The notes beneath the pieces are model-generated. The model had not been told where the DNA came from, did not search any database, and saw only the letters and a list, made by a program, of their open reading frames with translations. A DNA stretch of 64,000 nt from Candidatus Bathyarchaeia archaeon (GTDB lineage: Archaea; Thermoproteota; Bathyarchaeia; Bathyarchaeales; Bathycorpusculaceae), in the NCBI GenBank assembly GCA_050012255.1, contig JBEKHN010000002.1, forward strand, positions 1 to 64,000. Reading direction: 5' to 3'. A program made the position numbers and the translations under genes. Below are positions 18,106 to 27,999 of this stretch, in pieces; the first letter of the stretch is position 1, and each line of letters opens with the position of its first letter.

Positions 18106-18444
18106 ATGTCTAAAGGAAATATAACAGAAAAGAAGCTCACGCTGCCACAGGTCAAGAAGATGATGGAGACTATTGGCGAAGAAAACCTTGACCAGCTCCA
18201 GCGCCGCACGTTCGATTACGTATCCAAATTTGCAAAGGTTGACGCCGAGACAGGCGAAAAGCTCGTGGAAAAGCTCATGACAGATTTCGGTTTGGAAGAG
18301 GTAGAGGCCATCGAAATAGTCAACTGCATGCCGAAAAGCATCGAGGAATTGAGGGTTTTTCTGGCTGGTGGTCGCAAAATCATTGAAACCGCAAAGTTAG
18401 AGGCAATAGTCAACCTGCTGAATGAACATCGAAAACTGAAATAG
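18106..18444 (+). CDS. rpoF: RNA polymerase subunit Rpo4/F
   Basis: IVNCMPKSIEELR HRDC-like motif; conserved position after rpl21e. Confidence 0.9.
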   Translation: MSKGNITEKKLTLPQVKKMMETIGEENLDQLQRRTFDYVSKFAKVDAETGEKLVEKLMTDFGLEEVEAIEIVNCMPKSIEELRVFLAGGRKIIETAKLEAIVNLLNEHRKLK

Positions 18445-18506
18445 TTAATAGCTAATCCTAACCCCAACTAGATTTTTAAACAGTAAGAGACTATCTATAG
18501 GCGATT

Positions 18507-19082
18507 ATGACTATGATGGAGAAGCGGTACGAAGAGTACGCTTACATACTGGACTTCCTGCTCCACGGGCGCCCCGGCGTACACGTCTCAGGCCGGGCTG
18601 GTTACCGAGCGGGAGCCTTGGTGCAACTAGTGGGGGAGGAATTCTTCACCCTCTTGGAAGCACTGGTCAAGGAGGGCGTGACGCTTAAGCCTAACGACCG
18701 TGTTTTCGTCGGGAAGGAGGCGCGTGAGGAAATCACCTACATAATCGGGCGGATAGGTTATGAGGAATTGACGGCTGCTGCACGAACAGAGCTCCCGACT
18801 GTGATCGGCAGAATAGTGTTGAACCGTGAAGAATGGTTCGTTCAATTCTTCAACACGGCACGGGCTGTGACGCCAAGAATGCACGCGCTGGAGTTGGTTC
18901 CTGGTATTGGCAAGAAATACATGTGGCAAGTCATAAACGAACGCGAGAGAAAACCCTTCGAAAACTTTGAAGACCTGCAGAAACGCACAGAGCTGCCGAA
19001 TCCCGTTAAACTGATCACGAAGCGGGTTATGGAAGAACTGAGCAGCGACGGCAAGTATCGGTTGTTTACGAGGACCCAATAG
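18507..19082 (+). CDS. DUF655 RNA-binding protein
   Basis: EEYAYILD, GEEFFTLLE, RMHALELVPGIGKK. Confidence 0.9.
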   Translation: MTMMEKRYEEYAYILDFLLHGRPGVHVSGRAGYRAGALVQLVGEEFFTLLEALVKEGVTLKPNDRVFVGKEAREEITYIIGRIGYEELTAAARTELPTVIGRIVLNREEWFVQFFNTARAVTPRMHALELVPGIGKKYMWQVINERERKPFENFEDLQKRTELPNPVKLITKRVMEELSSDGKYRLFTRTQ

Positions 19083-19103
19083 CGCGGTTAAATCAATTAA
19101 CTG

Positions 19104-19931
19104 GTGGATATGAGTCTCTTAGAAAAGACGAAGTCACTACTTCGAAGCCATCGAAGCCTGCCGAAAAGGGCTTTTGGACAAAACTTCATGATCGAACCTT
19201 CAATCTATCAACTAATGGTCTATTACGCTTCACTGGACCAGAACGACACGGTGCTGGATATTGGCGCAGGGTTAGGCTTCTTGACGCGTTTTGTGGCGGA
19301 CAAGTGCAGAAACGTTGTAGCTGTTGAGGCTGACCCGGAACTCGCAACTGTTTTGCGTCGACAACTTTCTCACCTCTTCAACGTGAAAATCATTGAGGGT
19401 AATATACTCAGAGTCAATATTCCGCGGTTCAACAAGATTGTTTCGACCCCACCCTACAACATCTCTTCACGTCTGCTTCTATGGATCTTGAACCAAGAAT
19501 TTGACCTTGCCGTGTTGGTCTTCCAAAAAGAGTTTGCAAATCGTCTTGCAGCTTCAGTGGGAAATCGAAAATACGGGTGGCTTACGGTCTTGACATCCTT
19601 TCAGGCTGAGGTTGAGCTTCTAGACGATGTTCCCAAATCCATGTTCTATCCGCCGCCAAAGGTAGATTCTGTCGTCACTCGTTTGACGCCGAGAAGATCG
19701 AGGCTGTATAAGCTGGAAAATGAAGCCGCTTTCAAAAGAATTGTGCAACTGCTCTTCACGCAACGGAATAAAAAAGTCAGGACCGCAGTTTTGCCGTACC
19801 TGAAACATGTACGGATTCTATCCAAAGAAGAAGCGTGTAAGGTTGCTGAAACACTTCCTTTTCATGACAGGCGGGTTAGGGAACTGGCGCCTGAGGATTT
19901 TGGAGCCTTAGCGGATGTCCTCACAGAATAG
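19104..19931 (+). CDS. rsmA: 16S rRNA dimethyladenosine transferase
   Basis: GQNF, DIGAGLG, FYPPPKVDS. Confidence 0.95.
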   Translation: MDMSLLEKTKSLLRSHRSLPKRAFGQNFMIEPSIYQLMVYYASLDQNDTVLDIGAGLGFLTRFVADKCRNVVAVEADPELATVLRRQLSHLFNVKIIEGNILRVNIPRFNKIVSTPPYNISSRLLLWILNQEFDLAVLVFQKEFANRLAASVGNRKYGWLTVLTSFQAEVELLDDVPKSMFYPPPKVDSVVTRLTPRRSRLYKLENEAAFKRIVQLLFTQRNKKVRTAVLPYLKHVRILSKEEACKVAETLPFHDRRVRELAPEDFGALADVLTE

Positions 19932-20541
19932 GCGAATCTTCTTTGCGAACTGCGTTTTCCAAGTTGGAGAGAACGTGTATGAACCCGCTGAAGATTCGTT
20001 CCTCTTCGCTGAGAATCTACAAGTCAGGGAGAAGGAAAAAGTTATTGACATGGGAACAGGCTGCGGAATATTGGGCATTCTGGCGGCAGCGAAAGCGGAC
20101 GAAGTGCTAGCGGTAGACATAAACCCGTATGCTGTCGCGTGCGCGAAAGAAAACGCCAAGCTGAATCACGCCTCTGGCAAGATCTTTTTCACGCAGGGAG
20201 ACTTGTTTGGACCAATAAGAGTCGGGGAGGGGTTCGACCTGATCCTCTTCAACGCTCCATATCTCCCGTCGGAAGAAGTTGGAGAGAGCTCTTGGCTTGT
20301 CCGAGCTTGGGCAGGAGGCGTCTCTGGACGAGACGTAATTAACGGTTTCATCCGCGAGGCTCCGAAATATCTGAAGCATGACGGTGAAATCTTGCTGATG
20401 CAGTCAACGCTGTCAAACGTTGAAGAGACCTTTCGCATGTTCGGGGAGAGAGGTTTGACGGCAAACGTTGTTGCGAAAAGGGACATGCCGCTTTTTGAGA
20501 CAATAGTCCTTCTCAAGGCAAAGTTCGCGAATGGAAAATAG
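19915..20541 (+). CDS. HemK2/MTQ2 family protein methyltransferase
   Basis: VYEPAEDS, DMGTGCG, NAPY. Confidence 0.9.
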   Translation: MSSQNRRIFFANCVFQVGENVYEPAEDSFLFAENLQVREKEKVIDMGTGCGILGILAAAKADEVLAVDINPYAVACAKENAKLNHASGKIFFTQGDLFGPIRVGEGFDLILFNAPYLPSEEVGESSWLVRAWAGGVSGRDVINGFIREAPKYLKHDGEILLMQSTLSNVEETFRMFGERGLTANVVAKRDMPLFETIVLLKAKFANGK

Positions 20542-20738
20542 TTGGGCTAGCGGGTGGTCGACCCTATCTCCAACAGGTCGCATTAGATGATTGATGCCGC
20601 GAGCACAAAGCGAGGAGGGTCATCACTGGGATCACGTTCTCAAGCGAAGGTTCCGTTGTGTTCCTGGCTGGTTTCGTAGAAAAGAATATATTTTCTGGCC
20701 AAAGTCATTGGCTCTGCAGGGACTGGAGAAGCGTTTAG

Positions 20739-23504
20739 TTGTCGTCAGAATCTTGGCATGCGATGAATCTGGAAGAAACACTGAAAGCGTTGAACTCTAC
20801 TAAAGCCGGCTTGAGTCAGGGAGAAGCGCAAAAACGCTTGACCGAATATGGTCTGAATGAGCTGCGAAAGGAAAAGCGTACCTCTCCGACAAAGATGTTT
20901 GCTGAGCAGTTCAAGGACATACTTATCGTCATATTGCTGATCGCCACAGCACTCTCAGTAGCCATTGGCGAATTGATAGACGCAGTAGTCATAATTGCCA
21001 TAGTGTTGGCCACAGCGATCTTGGGTTTTGCAGAGGAGTTTCGTTCCGAAAAGGCGGTTGAAGCTTTGAAGAAGATGACAGCGCTAACTGCAGCGGTGCT
21101 GCGCGATGGTAAAGAAGTCAAGGTTCCGGCGAGCGAAATTGTTCCTGGAGATATCGTGCTTTTGTACACTGGGGATAAGGTTCCAGCTGATGCACGACTA
21201 ATCGAATCCATTAATCTTAAGGTGAATGAAGCTCCGTTGACAGGAGAATCGTCTCCTGTGAAAAAGAACGTTGACGTGTGCGTTGAGAAAACCTCGCTTA
21301 ACGATCGTCGAAACATGGTCTTCGCCGGAACGGTTGTCGTTTACGGCCGAGGTGAAGCAGTTGCTACATCGATAGGTATGAACACGGAGTTTGGAAAGAT
21401 CGCTAGGATGGTGCAGATGGCTGAAGAAGAGGAAACTCCGCTTGAGAAGAGAACTCGATCCGTCGGCAAATGGATCGGTATATTGTGCGTGGCGATCTGT
21501 CTGGGAGTGGCCGGTTTAGGCATCGTTGAAGGCAGTAATATCATTGACATGATGTTGTGGGGAATAAGCTTGGCAGTGGCTGCGGTTCCCGAAGCGTTGC
21601 CAGCCATTGTGACAGGGACACTTGCAGTGGGCATGTATCGCATGGCCAAAGTTAACACGATAGTTAAGAAATTGCCAGCCGTTGAAACGCTGGGCTGCGT
21701 CAGTGTCATATGCTCTGATAAGACGGGAACGATGACGAAAGGCGAAATGACGGTGCAGAGAATCTACGTGGATAATCAGATCATTAAAGTTTCAGGGGTC
21801 GGCTATGAGCCAAAAGGCGAATTTCTCTTGGAAAACCGCAAAGCCGATTCGGAAAGTGAAGGACTCCGCACAATTCTGACTGCTGCCGCACTATGTAATG
21901 ACGCGAAACTAGAAAGAGACACTGCCACGGAAAGATGGGTCATTAGGGGAGACCCCACAGAGGGAGCGTTGATCGTCGGGGCGGCGAAAGCTGGGTTGTG
22001 GAAGAAGGACCTGGAAGAGCAGCAGCCCCGTGTAGGGGAGATCCCGTTCTCTTCAGAGACAAAACGTATGACGACCATACACGTCGTGTCTGGCAAGAAG
22101 AAAATCGCCTACTTGAAAGGAGCGCCTGAAATAGTATTAGACAAATGTACAAAGGTTTTGGCGAGTGGCAAAGCTTCTAGTCTGACTGAAAGTGGTCGGG
22201 CGCGAATCCTTGAAGTGAATGAGGCCATGGCAAGACAAGCCTTAAGGAACTTGGGCTTTGCTTTCAGGGAACTGCCTGAAACAGTGAGGGTATGCGATGA
22301 GAAGATTGAGAGAGACTTTGTTTTTGTCGGCATTATTAGCATGATTGACCCGCCGCGCGAAGAGGTGAAAGATGCGATATACACGTGCAAAAAAGCTGGG
22401 ATAGACGTTGTGATGGTGACGGGTGATCATAGGCTTACGGCAGTGGCAGTGGCTAAGGAGCTCAATCTGCTCGGTGAGGACGAAGAGGAGGAAAAGGTGT
22501 TAACAGGCAGTGAGCTGGGAAAGTTGAGCGATGAACAGTTAGCTGACATCGTTGAGAGAGTTGTGATCTATGCACGCGTTTCGCCCGAGCACAAGGTGCG
22601 GATAGTTAAAGCTTGGAAAGCGAAGGGCCGCGTCGTGGCCATGACTGGTGATGGTGTTAATGATGCACCAGCTCTCAAGATGTCAGACGTAGGCGTTTCT
22701 ATGGGCATAACGGGAACTGACGTGACCAAGGAGGCGTCGGACATGGTCTTAACGGACGATAACTTTGCCTCGATAGTCAAGGCGACAAAAGAAGGACGCG
22801 AAATATATGACAACATCAAGAAGTACCTCACATACCTTATGCGCTGCAACATAATGGAAATCCTGGTCATCTTCATAGCGGTGGTCTCTGTTCCAAGTCT
22901 CGCAAGGATCTATTCGCCGAACGCCCGCGCCGACGACATCGGTATCGCAACGATAGCTTTGACTGCGACACAATTGCTCTGGGTGAACCTTACTACAGAT
23001 GGCTTGCCGGCGATAGCGCTGGGCATTGATCCGGGTGACCCTGATATAATGGAGAGGAAACCGCGTGATCCAAACGAGAGTGTCTTCACACTCGATGTCA
23101 AACTCTATCTGTCGCTGATTCCGATACTAATGACTGCTCTTCTTCTGTTTGGATACTTTTTCTATCGACCTTGGGAAAGCTCAACTCAACTACTGGAGGC
23201 TCGAACTCAGCTGCTGACCGCCATGGTTATGATGGAGCTGGCCAATGCTATTTCTGCCCGGTCACTGAAATATCCAGTGTGGAAAATAGGCGTGTTCAAG
23301 AACAAATTCCTGTGGTACGCTGTGCTCTCGTCGTTCTTCCTCCAGCTTATTGTGCTCTACACACCAGGTCTAAACGCTGTCTTCAGCGTGTCAGCGCCTG
23401 AACCACTTGATTGGGCATTTGCAGCACTGTTCACCGCGATAACCTTCGGTTCAGTGGAGACTGCAAAGTGGATAACAAGCAGCAGAGGCAAGAAGCATGT
23501 TTAG
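20739..23504 (+). CDS. Type II (Ca2+-like) cation-translocating P-type ATPase
   Basis: TGES, PEAL, DKTGT, KGAPE, GDGVND, QLLWVNL.TDG. Confidence 0.95.
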   Translation: MSSESWHAMNLEETLKALNSTKAGLSQGEAQKRLTEYGLNELRKEKRTSPTKMFAEQFKDILIVILLIATALSVAIGELIDAVVIIAIVLATAILGFAEEFRSEKAVEALKKMTALTAAVLRDGKEVKVPASEIVPGDIVLLYTGDKVPADARLIESINLKVNEAPLTGESSPVKKNVDVCVEKTSLNDRRNMVFAGTVVVYGRGEAVATSIGMNTEFGKIARMVQMAEEEETPLEKRTRSVGKWIGILCVAICLGVAGLGIVEGSNIIDMMLWGISLAVAAVPEALPAIVTGTLAVGMYRMAKVNTIVKKLPAVETLGCVSVICSDKTGTMTKGEMTVQRIYVDNQIIKVSGVGYEPKGEFLLENRKADSESEGLRTILTAAALCNDAKLERDTATERWVIRGDPTEGALIVGAAKAGLWKKDLEEQQPRVGEIPFSSETKRMTTIHVVSGKKKIAYLKGAPEIVLDKCTKVLASGKASSLTESGRARILEVNEAMARQALRNLGFAFRELPETVRVCDEKIERDFVFVGIISMIDPPREEVKDAIYTCKKAGIDVVMVTGDHRLTAVAVAKELNLLGEDEEEEKVLTGSELGKLSDEQLADIVERVVIYARVSPEHKVRIVKAWKAKGRVVAMTGDGVNDAPALKMSDVGVSMGITGTDVTKEASDMVLTDDNFASIVKATKEGREIYDNIKKYLTYLMRCNIMEILVIFIAVVSVPSLARIYSPNARADDIGIATIALTATQLLWVNLTTDGLPAIALGIDPGDPDIMERKPRDPNESVFTLDVKLYLSLIPILMTALLLFGYFFYRPWESSTQLLEARTQLLTAMVMMELANAISARSLKYPVWKIGVFKNKFLWYAVLSSFFLQLIVLYTPGLNAVFSVSAPEPLDWAFAALFTAITFGSVETAKWITSSRGKKHV

Positions 23505-23570
23505 AAAAACTTAAATTCGGAGCAATGTGAAAAGAGGCTCTAACAGTAGAAACTGAAGGATTGAAAAGAA

Positions 23571-24140
23571 ATGAGCGAAAAATTGGCAAATCCTGCACCG
23601 CTTGGGCTGTTAGCCTTCGGACTCACAACCGTTCTATTGAATCTAGCCAACGCCGGCTTCTATAAGATGGATAGCATGATCTTGGCAATGGGCTTAGCCT
23701 ATGGTGGATTAGCTCAAATCATAGCAGGTGCAATGGAGTTTAAGAAGGGCAACACCTTTGGCACAGTTGCATTCTCGTCATATGGCTTCTTCTGGTGGTC
23801 TATCGTTGGTTTGATCCTACTGCCTAACGCGGGTCTCGGAGTTTTGGCATCTGAAACAAACGCCATGGCATCATACTTCTTCATGTGGGGCCTATTCACC
23901 TTCGTAATGTTCTTTGGCACACTGAAAGCAAACCGGGCAATCCAATTTGTTTTCATGAGTCTGGCAATTCTGTTCTTCCTTCTAACTGCTCATGAGTTGA
24001 CTAATAACTCAATGTTATTCACGATAACTGGATACGAAGGGGTCATCTGCGGACTGAGCGCGGTTTACTTGGGCTTGGCTGAAGTACTGAACGAGGCCCA
24101 TGGAAAGGCTTTCCTGCCAATAGGTCCTATGAGCAAATAG
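23571..24140 (+). CDS. satP: Acetate uptake transporter (SatP/YaaH/GPR1-FUN34)
   Basis: [20 protein letters not shown]. Confidence 0.92.
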   Translation: MSEKLANPAPLGLLAFGLTTVLLNLANAGFYKMDSMILAMGLAYGGLAQIIAGAMEFKKGNTFGTVAFSSYGFFWWSIVGLILLPNAGLGVLASETNAMASYFFMWGLFTFVMFFGTLKANRAIQFVFMSLAILFFLLTAHELTNNSMLFTITGYEGVICGLSAVYLGLAEVLNEAHGKAFLPIGPMSK

Positions 24141-24224
24141 AAGCCTTTACCCTTTCTATTTTCTACCAAAAACGTTTATATTTTCGAAAGGAGGTCTTTC
24201 CACGAATTCACCGAAGGTTAGAAG

Positions 24225-26165
24225 ATGTCAGAGGCAAGCTTACCGTTTAATGAGAAGGTCTACCCTGGGAAAATCCTTAAAAATGAGTGGGAGAAGTCGA
24301 TAAAGAACCCTCAGGAGTTTTGGGCAGAAAAAGCAAAGGCTATAGACTGGTTTAAGACTTGGGACAAGGTTTTGGATGATTCGAACAAGCCGTTCTACAA
24401 GTGGTTTTCAGGCGGCATTTTGAACATATGTTACAACGCGCTTGACAGGCACTTGGAAACGTCCAAGAAGAACATGCTAGCGTACATTTGGGAAGGCGAG
24501 AACGGAGAGGTCAGAACCTTCACGTACTATCAGCTTTATCGGGAAGTGAACAAGCTCGCAAAAATCTTCCAGAATCTGGGGCTTAAGAGAAGCGACAGAG
24601 TGGCCGTCTATCTGCCCATGATCCCTGAACTTCCGATCACGTTGCTTGCGTGTGCTCGATTAGGCGCCGTGCACACGGTGGTTTTCTCGGGTTTCAGCGC
24701 GGAGGCCCTTGCAGACAGGATAAACGACTGTGAGGCAAAGATTCTGGTGACGGCTGACGGCGCCTACCGACGCGGAAAAACGGTCGCACTGAAAGACACT
24801 GCGGACCGTGCGGTGCAGAGCACGCCGAGCGTCCAAAAAGTCGTTGTGGTCAAGAGGACTGGACAGAACGTTCTGATGAGAGAAGGCCGCGATGTCTGGT
24901 ACAATGAAGCGATGAGCAAGGTGGAACCAAATGCTTACGTTGCCCCTGAGCCGATGGAAGCCACTGAGCCCCTGTTCATACTTTACACGTCTGGAACTAC
25001 GGGCAAGCCTAAGGGGGTTCAGCATGGTATCGGCGGCTACTTGGTCTGGGGATACTGGACGCTGAAGTGGGGTTTCAACCCGAATGAGGAGGACATTTGG
25101 TGGTGCACGGCCGATATAGGCTGGATCACTGGCCACACGTACAACGTTTACGCTCCGCTGGCCTTGGGAATAACATCATTCATTTTTGAGGGGACGCCGG
25201 ACTATCCCGCCCAAGATCGATGGTGGGAAATGATCGAGAGACACGGGGTGACGATACTCTACACCACGCCGACGGCGATCAGGATGTTCATGAAGTTCGG
25301 TGAACAGTGGGCAACGAAGCATGATCTGAGCACGCTCAGGCTCTTAGGGACGGTTGGCGAACCCATAAACCCCGAGGCCTGGAGATGGTACTACCGTGTC
25401 ATAGGGAAAGAGAAACTCGCGGTCATAGACACTTGGTGGCAGACTGAAACAGGCGGTTTCATGATAGCTCCTGTTCCAGGCATAGAGCTTGTGCCGCTGA
25501 AACCGGGTTCTGCGACGAACCCCCTGCCAAGCGTCTACCCAGAAGTTTACGATGAGAAAGGGCAACAAACGCCTACGGGTGTCAAAGGGTTCTTGGTGAT
25601 CAAGACACCGTGGCCTGGGATGCTGGAAACGATATGGAAGGATCCCGACAGGTATAAGCAGACGTACTTCGGAAGATGGCCCAACATTTACTACACTGGA
25701 GACTACGCGGTGAGAGATCCCGACGGTTACTTCTGGCTGCTCGGAAGAGCTGATGAAGTTTTGAAGGTTGCTGGACACAGAATAGGCACTGTGGAGCTTG
25801 AAAGCGCGCTTGTTTCGCACCCGGCGGTTTCAGAAGCTGCCGTTATGGGCAAGGAAGACGCGCTGAAAGGCGAGGTTCCCGTGGCCTTTGTCACGCTGAG
25901 AAGCGGTTTCCAACCATCAGACCAACTGCGCGCGGACCTGGTGAAGCACATAAGGGAAACGATAGGTCCGATCGCAACTCCAGACGCAATCGTGATCGTC
26001 AACAAGCTGCCGAAGACGCGCAGTGGAAAGATCATGCGAAGACTGTTGAAGGCGGTTTTGGCCGGAGCGGCTTTAGGTGATGTGTCGACGTTGGAAGACG
26101 AAGCTTCGGTTGACGAGATCAAGGCGACCTACGAAGAGCTGAGGAAACAGCTGGATAAGAAATAG
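24225..26165 (+). CDS. acs: Acetyl-CoA synthetase (AMP-forming)
   Basis: YTSGTTGKPKG, DTWWQTETG, PKTRSGKIMRR. Confidence 0.96.
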   Translation: MSEASLPFNEKVYPGKILKNEWEKSIKNPQEFWAEKAKAIDWFKTWDKVLDDSNKPFYKWFSGGILNICYNALDRHLETSKKNMLAYIWEGENGEVRTFTYYQLYREVNKLAKIFQNLGLKRSDRVAVYLPMIPELPITLLACARLGAVHTVVFSGFSAEALADRINDCEAKILVTADGAYRRGKTVALKDTADRAVQSTPSVQKVVVVKRTGQNVLMREGRDVWYNEAMSKVEPNAYVAPEPMEATEPLFILYTSGTTGKPKGVQHGIGGYLVWGYWTLKWGFNPNEEDIWWCTADIGWITGHTYNVYAPLALGITSFIFEGTPDYPAQDRWWEMIERHGVTILYTTPTAIRMFMKFGEQWATKHDLSTLRLLGTVGEPINPEAWRWYYRVIGKEKLAVIDTWWQTETGGFMIAPVPGIELVPLKPGSATNPLPSVYPEVYDEKGQQTPTGVKGFLVIKTPWPGMLETIWKDPDRYKQTYFGRWPNIYYTGDYAVRDPDGYFWLLGRADEVLKVAGHRIGTVELESALVSHPAVSEAAVMGKEDALKGEVPVAFVTLRSGFQPSDQLRADLVKHIRETIGPIATPDAIVIVNKLPKTRSGKIMRRLLKAVLAGAALGDVSTLEDEASVDEIKATYEELRKQLDKK

Positions 26166-26199
26166 CTCCACTTCCTTTTTCTCAATTCCTTTCAAGCGT

Positions 26200-26247
26200 G
26201 CCAACAGTAACGCCAACAGTAACGCTAACAGTAACGCCAACGGTAAT
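26200..26247. repeat. 12-bp tandem repeat, 4 copies
   Basis: GCCAACAGTAAC GCCAACAGTAAC GCTAACAGTAAC GCCAACGGTAAT between convergent genes. Confidence 0.9.
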
Positions 26248-26282
26248 CTAGGAAAAACTTTTTTGATGGTGTAAGCGTCGCT

Positions 26283-27605
26283 TTATGGGTAGAATCGTCT
26301 GGTTGTCCTCGGGAAGGGTATGGCGTCTATTATGTTCTTTAAGTCGAGCATCCATATTAGCACCCTTTCTACACCCATTCCGAAGCCCATGTGTGGAACG
26401 GTGCCGTATCGTCGCAGGTCAATGTACCAATCGTAATCTTCGGCTTTCAGGCCTTGTTCTTTGATTCTTCTGATCAGTTCCTCTTTGTCGTCTTCTCTTG
26501 CTCCTCCTGTTGAAATCTCGCCTATTCTTGGGACGAGCATGTCTGTTGACATGGCGATTTCCGGCTTGTCTCTGTATGTTTTGCAGTAGAAGGCCTTGAT
26601 CTGTTTTGGGTAGTCGTACACGAAGAAGGGTTTGCCAAACTCGTCTGCCAGGGCTTTTTCATCCTCGTAGCCTAGGTCGTCGCCCCATTTTGTTTTAAGA
26701 CCTTTGGCGTGCAGCTTCTCAATGGCCTCCGTGTAGGTTATTCTTGGGAACGGCGTCTTGACCATTTGGAGTTTCTTCATGTCGGAACCCAGCTCTTCAA
26801 ACTGAGGTCTGCAACTCTGCACGGTTCTTTTGCAGACGTAGGTCAGGAGTTCTTCCTCGAGTCGCATCAGGTCGTTCATGTCGGCAAATGCCTGTTCTGC
26901 TTCGATGTGCCAGTATTCGCTTAGGTGTCGTATTGTCCGGCTTTTTTCAGCTCTGAAGGATGGAGCGATGCAGTAGACTTTCTCCAGCGAGTATATCAGA
27001 ATCTCAAGATAGAGCTGCGCGCTCTGGGTCAAGTACATGTTCTCGTCGAAGTACTTCAAGCCGAAGAGCGTTGACCCGCCTTCGACAGCGCTCGTGACGA
27101 ACATGGGAGGAGAGACCTCAACGAACTCTAGTTTTCTGAAAAACTCGTGCGTGAACCTCAGCAAATCATTGCGGACTTTCATTATAAGGGTCATGTCTCG
27201 ACTTCGAAGCCACAAGTGTCTAACATTCCGCAGGAAATCCTCGGTGTCCGTTTCTTCCTCCTGTTCTCCTCCTACGGTTACTTTTGTGCCTTTGGTTATT
27301 GGGAAGGGATCTGCCAATCCGATGATTGAGAGTTTCTCAGCCGACACTTCATATCCGCCAGGAGCTCGTGCATCCATCCTGACGGTGCCCTCGAGCGCAA
27401 CTGAGGATTCGATCGTGGCTTTTTCAGCTTCAGGCCAAGCCTTGCTTTCTTTCTTTACCGGGCACTGAATGATTCCTGTCGAGTCACGAACAAGCAGGAA
27501 AATCGTCTGCTTCTCTCCTCTCTTGCGGTAGACCCAGCCTCGGACTGCCACTGTTTTGCCTTCAAAGTGGCCTTCCAAGACTTCTTGAATGGGAACAATG
27601 CGCAT
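26283..27605 (-). CDS. asnS: Asparagine--tRNA ligase
   Basis: OB fold (VRGWV), TQSAQLYLE, FRAEKSRT.RHL.EYW, PH.GFGMG.ER. Confidence 0.88.
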   Translation of the reverse strand: MRIVPIQEVLEGHFEGKTVAVRGWVYRKRGEKQTIFLLVRDSTGIIQCPVKKESKAWPEAEKATIESSVALEGTVRMDARAPGGYEVSAEKLSIIGLADPFPITKGTKVTVGGEQEEETDTEDFLRNVRHLWLRSRDMTLIMKVRNDLLRFTHEFFRKLEFVEVSPPMFVTSAVEGGSTLFGLKYFDENMYLTQSAQLYLEILIYSLEKVYCIAPSFRAEKSRTIRHLSEYWHIEAEQAFADMNDLMRLEEELLTYVCKRTVQSCRPQFEELGSDMKKLQMVKTPFPRITYTEAIEKLHAKGLKTKWGDDLGYEDEKALADEFGKPFFVYDYPKQIKAFYCKTYRDKPEIAMSTDMLVPRIGEISTGGAREDDKEELIRRIKEQGLKAEDYDWYIDLRRYGTVPHMGFGMGVERVLIWMLDLKNIIDAIPFPRTTRRFYP

Positions 27606-27999
27606 GCGGGTCAACCTTTCCCTCTCAATACTGTTTCCGAACCTAAATACCTATCCTGAATCTCATACTTCTTTGGCGCTAGGGTCGGAGATTTTGAGGA
27701 ACGCGACGATTGACAGGGGGATGGCGCCCAAGACAAGCAGGATAAAGGGCAGTTGCGGCGAAACATAAGTGTAGAGTGCGCCGGGGAGAAGCTGGGCAAA
27801 CGCTTGACCTACGTACATGAAGAACCGGCCGCATCCGATGACTTTTCCTCTGGGGAACGAGTAGTGGTTTTAACGACGTAGATTTCGCTTCATCGTTCAA
27901 GTGCCACAGGAAACATGCGTGTAAGCTGTAAGACGCGAAGCATTTTGATGCGTCATAATTCTTAAATCTTCGGCTCTTGAGAATTATAGCGAGACTGTT

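Noticed and set aside
20560-20700. Possible riboswitch upstream of the P-type ATPase (GATGAT..GTCATC stem)
   Set aside because: No recognisable yybP-ykoY or other riboswitch consensus; pairing is weak.
27660-27950. Purine-rich intergenic stretch between asnS and the CDF gene as an ncRNA or ORF
   Set aside because: Only short scattered complementarity, and the ORFs lack recognisable motifs or starts.
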